IMG/VR virus record: IMGVR_UViG_3300021963_000438
Span: 1-31,873 of that record
DNA from: a virus
Taxonomy: Duplodnaviria; Caudoviricetes
Reading direction: 5' to 3' (one strand)
Length of the DNA: 31,873 nt
The notes under the pieces are model-generated. The model had not been told where the DNA came from. It did not search any database and worked only from the letters and a program-made list of their open reading frames with translations. The stretch's first letter is position 1, and each line of letters starts with the position of its first letter. Both the position numbers and the translations under genes were made by a program. Positions 29,201-31,873 of this stretch are shown here, one piece after another.

Positions 29201-29346
29201 TATCATCTTTATTTATGATGATGCAGTATTTAAAAACTCAATTCGATTTCATTTGGATGATTTCTCACTTAGAACAAATGAGAGATATCGTAGATGGATT
29301 AATAGAAATTAAAAAAGTAGATGGATTTAGTAAGATTGACTTTTAA
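26200..29346 (+). CDS. fused Mre11/SbcD nuclease - Rad50/SbcC ATPase (gp47-gp46-like)
   Basis: Phosphoesterase motifs ADVH, AGD, GNHD, FHG and GDIH; Walker A APNAAGKSS; coiled coil with CNFC hook; signature CSGME; Walker B IDEGFGTLD; ISH. Confidence 0.92.
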   Translation: MKRLKTIYHIADVHIRNVQRHKEYRKVFETMFEEIRKRGTENSLIYLAGDIAHAKLELSPELVREISWLFTECSKHCETILITGNHDCNMNNSDRLDVLTPIVEALNLPNFTYLRDTQVYSIGGIDFGVFSIFDDKKNWPKADTLSGNKKIALFHGPVDNSQTDIGYVVSSRHFTTDMFDGYDLALLGDIHKRQTMISPSGCKVVYAGSLVQQNFGESLNGHGFLAWDLDSMKYEGIDIPNEYGYYTLDIDNGKVPIVTDMPKKPRLRVRLSNTDSADTKKVITEIKMRYGVEDFTIIRTDSFNKQKTGNRLSKLDFEDVTDINHQNTLIREYVQRMMPFTTTEDLDALEGVNRDINSRITQEEIHRNIHWKPIKFKFSNMFSYGEANKIDFQKIGGLMGLFAPNAAGKSSLFDAISFCLYDKCSRAYKAQNIMNNRKSDFECELHFQVDGIDFFIKRTAKTINKGKNVKVDVQFWKEEGGVITSLNGTERRDTNIVIEQYVGKYEDFVLTALSLQGNNSIFIDKSQSERKDLLAQFMGLNVFDKLYETATEDIKEVAVLIKNFKKTDFTSELAEKGLERQTKKSELRGFEKTLESRTIDVTDLSDRILGLTKELVPVDGNLDLEILEKKKNDIGRDILHTLSEEKLKKEKLDGYTQSISEISKSIEETKYINEQPIEEAKKEWDILKGEINNTERYIALVEQSLESNKEKLSHLAEHEYDPNCNFCMNNVFVKDAKETEKKVEEQIADLEEMHGKLNSLINQASRLADVDEQWDELVDLKSKYQKAIVIKEKTIAELNGFITQQQLYDNQLEQVKVDIQKYHDNKDTIKRNKQIESVINGLNKTKSEIESEIKSINKDIASLNGSISSLESFIEGIKQKMSDVKDLEEKNRLYTYYLDAVKRDGIPYELISKAMPVIENEINNILGQVVDFSIVMDIDGKNINAKIVYEDQEWPLEMCSGMEKFVSGLAIRVALINICNLPRPNFLVIDEGFGTLDANNLSSLFMMMQYLKTQFDFIWMISHLEQMRDIVDGLIEIKKVDGFSKIDF

Positions 29347-29506
29347 CCTTATCAGCTCTTAACACACCCGCTTGAGGTTTAGTTACACCAACGTGTTTCT
29401 TAATTAAGTTTTCAACCAAGCTACCCATCTTAAACCCATGTTCTTCGCAATAATTTTTGAGAAGTTCGTGGGTTTCTTTTTTTATCTGAATCATTGAATA
29501 TTTCAT
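29327..29506 (-). CDS. ribbon-helix-helix DNA-binding protein (59 aa, MKYSMIQIKKETHELLKNYCEEHGFKMGSLVENLIKKHV...)
   Basis: Translated by hand. Alternating strand YSMIQI, helix, G turn and second helix match the MetJ/Arc/CopG pattern. Confidence 0.7.
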   Translation of the reverse strand: MKYSMIQIKKETHELLKNYCEEHGFKMGSLVENLIKKHVGVTKPQAGVLRADKVKSQSY

Positions 29507-29544
29507 AACTTTATATTTCTTTAGTTTTTATTAGTTTTCTTTAT

Positions 29545-29580
29545 ATAAATATGAGTTATTTATTTTTTGGAGATATTTAT
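29545..29580. promoter_or_regulatory. back-to-back ATATTTAT elements (divergent promoters)
   Basis: ATAAATAT 29545-29552 (the motif on the minus strand, facing the RHH gene) and ATATTTAT 29573-29580 (facing ATG 29604). Confidence 0.55.
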
Positions 29581-29603
29581 TAGTATAAAATATTTCAAAT
29601 ACA

Positions 29604-31873
29604 ATGGCGTTAATACAAAAAACTTTATTTTCCGAAAATTTAGATAAATATAATACGTTTGTACAGGACACAGAACCGAATAGTAGATATTTCAATATAA
29701 CTGAATTACCTGATACATTCACCGGTGGTAAAAATGCTTTTCTTATAGCTGGTACGCCTGAATTAGTAGCTGATACTTTAATAAAAATAGAAATTAAAGA
29801 TGCAGCTGGAAATATTATATATCATGAGCCGGGTGAAGGTATGATATCATCATCTGTAAATGGTGAACCATTTGTTACAGAATATTTTGAAGGAGTGTCA
29901 AAAGTAGTATCGGTATATGTGTATCCAGAAACAGCATACGGACCATGTACTCTTACAATCTTAGGAGAACTTTCTGAATATGATAATAATGGATTACTTA
30001 CACCTATTCCGGTAAATTGGCAAGGACAATATAATGTAAAGTGGCAAAAAACCATTAATGTAAATCCTACATTAGCTAATACTACAAAAATTCGTTTTTA
30101 TAAAAGGCCTACTGCTTCTATTAGTGAAATATTAAGTCCAATTTATTTATTTGATATAACCGGTTCAAAGGTAGCATCCCCAGTTACCCAATCTTTTGCT
30201 AATATAAAACTTTCAAATTTAGAAACATTTGCAGGCGATGTCAAACGTATAAAAGTTTTTAGAACATCTATTGGTGATATTTCGGATTATGATATGATTC
30301 AAGATATTTTAGTTGAATCAAAAGAATTATTAACAACCACCCAATTATCAGGAAGTGTAGTTGGAAATACGGGAATATTTACATCAGAAACACTTAAAAA
30401 CTTTTGGAATACAGGTTCGTTAAATACAGAACTTACGTCTAGCCGAATTGAAAGTGGATTAAAATTAAATGGAAGTGGGTTATTAACTTACTCACAATCG
30501 TTGGATATAAAAGCATCAAACACATATGAATTAAATTTAGATGCGTTTTATTCATCATCTACCACAAGTAATTTAGGAATATACATAAGTGGTTCAGATG
30601 GTGGTAATGTTTTAATTAGTACATTAAATGGAATAAGTCCTACAAAAAATTTATCAGATACGGTAATTCCGTTTAAATTGGATTATGATTTTCAAAGTGG
30701 TTCTTTATATTTTTCACAATCACAAGGCGAATGGCATTTGGGTAATGTAAGTTTAAAACTTTCAGAAGATACCGCATTTTCGCCGGATGAGGTTTCATTT
30801 GTAACAACAATGCCAACGGTATTGGGTAACGAAACTTTTAATTTTAAATTTGAATTTTACGATGTAAATAATAATTATGTGCCGGTTGCCGTAACCCAAA
30901 GTGTTTTATTCAATGGTGGTAATAATAACGTAGGTGGAACATTAATATATATAAGTTCATCGGCATCATCATCATTAGCACAACTAAACGCCGTTTCATC
31001 ATCAATTAGTGGAACAGCTACATTATATAGTTCATCAGCTAACACTACAATTGTTACATTAAGTGGTAGTGTTAGTAGCAGTATTACAACAGTTAGTGGT
31101 TCTGTTGTTACATTAAGTGGTAGTGTTAGTAGCAGTATTACAACAGTTAGTGGTTCTGTTGTTACATTAAGTGGTTCGGTGAGTACATCTGTATTATTAT
31201 TAACCGGTTCAATAAGTTCATCATTATCATCTTCATTTGGGTTTACAAGTAGTTCTATTTATACATTGAGTTCATCTGTGTCACAAAGTAATGCAACTAT
31301 TTTATCATCATCATTATCAAAAGTACAACAATTAGCAAATGGCCAATATAGTGGTTCATTCATTGGAGATACTGTAATTTATTCACCCGCAATTGGTGGA
31401 CAAGTTGGGTATATAAAAGAAAAATTCACAGTAGGAGATACAACTGCTGCACAAATAAATTTGGATGCTACTACTTCGACTAGAAAAATATACATAGGAA
31501 CAGGTACATATAATAACGCAAATACATCCGTTTATATGGATAGTGCAGGTAAATTTTCATTAAAAGATAAATTAACTTGGGATGGCACCACATTGGGTGT
31601 AAATGGAACTATAAATGTTACAGGAGGTAATGCCGCAACTGATGCCAACGCATTATTATATTCACAAAGAGCAGCTGCTTCGGCATCAATATCGGCAAGT
31701 GCTGCACAATCAAATGCAGCCTCCGATGCTACAACAAAAGCAAATACAGCTTATAACAATGCAACTGCTCAATTACAATCATTAGCAGATGGTGGATATA
31801 GTGGTTCATTTATTGGAAGTACTACAATTTATTCTCCAAATATTGGTGGGCAAAATGGATATATTTCTAATAT
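29604..31873 (+). CDS. 3'-truncated large tail fibre/structural protein, Ser/Gly/Thr-rich
   Basis: Starts at ATG 29604 (MALIQKTLFSENLDKYNTFVQD...). The frame was confirmed at several points and no stop was seen before the window end, which would explain its absence from the ORF track. Confidence 0.8.
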   Translation, partial: MALIQKTLFSENLDKYNTFVQDTEPNSRYFNITELPDTFTGGKNAFLIAGTPELVADTLIKIEIKDAAGNIIYHEPGEGMISSSVNGEPFVTEYFEGVSKVVSVYVYPETAYGPCTLTILGELSEYDNNGLLTPIPVNWQGQYNVKWQKTINVNPTLANTTKIRFYKRPTASISEILSPIYLFDITGSKVASPVTQSFANIKLSNLETFAGDVKRIKVFRTSIGDISDYDMIQDILVESKELLTTTQLSGSVVGNTGIFTSETLKNFWNTGSLNTELTSSRIESGLKLNGSGLLTYSQSLDIKASNTYELNLDAFYSSSTTSNLGIYISGSDGGNVLISTLNGISPTKNLSDTVIPFKLDYDFQSGSLYFSQSQGEWHLGNVSLKLSEDTAFSPDEVSFVTTMPTVLGNETFNFKFEFYDVNNNYVPVAVTQSVLFNGGNNNVGGTLIYISSSASSSLAQLNAVSSSISGTATLYSSSANTTIVTLSGSVSSSITTVSGSVVTLSGSVSSSITTVSGSVVTLSGSVSTSVLLLTGSISSSLSSSFGFTSSSIYTLSSSVSQSNATILSSSLSKVQQLANGQYSGSFIGDTVIYSPAIGGQVGYIKEKFTVGDTTAAQINLDATTSTRKIYIGTGTYNNANTSVYMDSAGKFSLKDKLTWDGTTLGVNGTINVTGGNAATDANALLYSQRAAASASISASAAQSNAASDATTKANTAYNNATAQLQSLADGGYSGSFIGSTTIYSPNIGGQNGYISN
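31051..31175 (+). repeat. perfect 54-bp tandem repeat, about 2.3 copies (VTLSGSVSSSITTVSGSV)
   Basis: The unit TTGTTACATTAAGTGGTAGT...GGTTCTG starts at 31051 and 31105, with a partial copy at 31159. Confidence 0.95.

Noticed and set aside
414-30055. Short minus-strand and alternate-frame ORFs in the track (e.g. 414-725, 2144-2458, 4798-5124, 24619-24999, 29531-29722, 29822-30055)
   Set aside because: They are shadows of longer, motif-supported plus-strand genes and show no recognisable motifs.
31051-31175. CRISPR array or DGR template/variable repeat
   Set aside because: The repeats are contiguous, in frame and identical, with no spacers or adenine-specific mismatches, and no cas or reverse transcriptase gene is present.
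1-31873. Stop-codon reassignment
   Set aside because: Genes are full length and tightly packed in the standard code, and TAG (16049) and TGA (26203) act as stops at sensible gene boundaries.
1-31873. tRNA, structured ncRNA, intron or intein
   Set aside because: Intergenic gaps are under about 100 nt with no cloverleaf seen, and the enzymes show no unexplained insertions or intein-like termini.

Overview
AT-rich, densely coding segment, almost all on the + strand, most consistent with a large tailed phage with a contractile (myovirus-type) baseplate. The host is probably Bacteroidota, inferred from two TTTG-N20-TAnnTTTG promoters and A-rich leaders without Shine-Dalgarno sites. Left (1-6.5 kb): accessory genes, including a UvsE UV endonuclease, an HxGH nucleotidyltransferase next to DUF2061, a peptide deformylase with an unusual tail, a gp55-like sigma factor and a NodU/CmcH carbamoyltransferase. 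Middle (6.5-24.8 kb): a baseplate/tail module with a gp5-like spike, gp25, a gp6/J wedge, a 1759-aa wedge/LamG protein and three tail-collar-related genes. Right: a T7 endonuclease I-like resolvase, a primase, a single-chain Mre11-Rad50 (SbcD-SbcC) fusion, a lone minus-strand ribbon-helix-helix gene and a truncated Ser-rich fibre gene. A recurrent ATATTTAT element precedes the structural genes, and a [ST]-G-S motif is concentrated in the distal virion proteins. All assignments come from motif recognition by eye; no database search was run.
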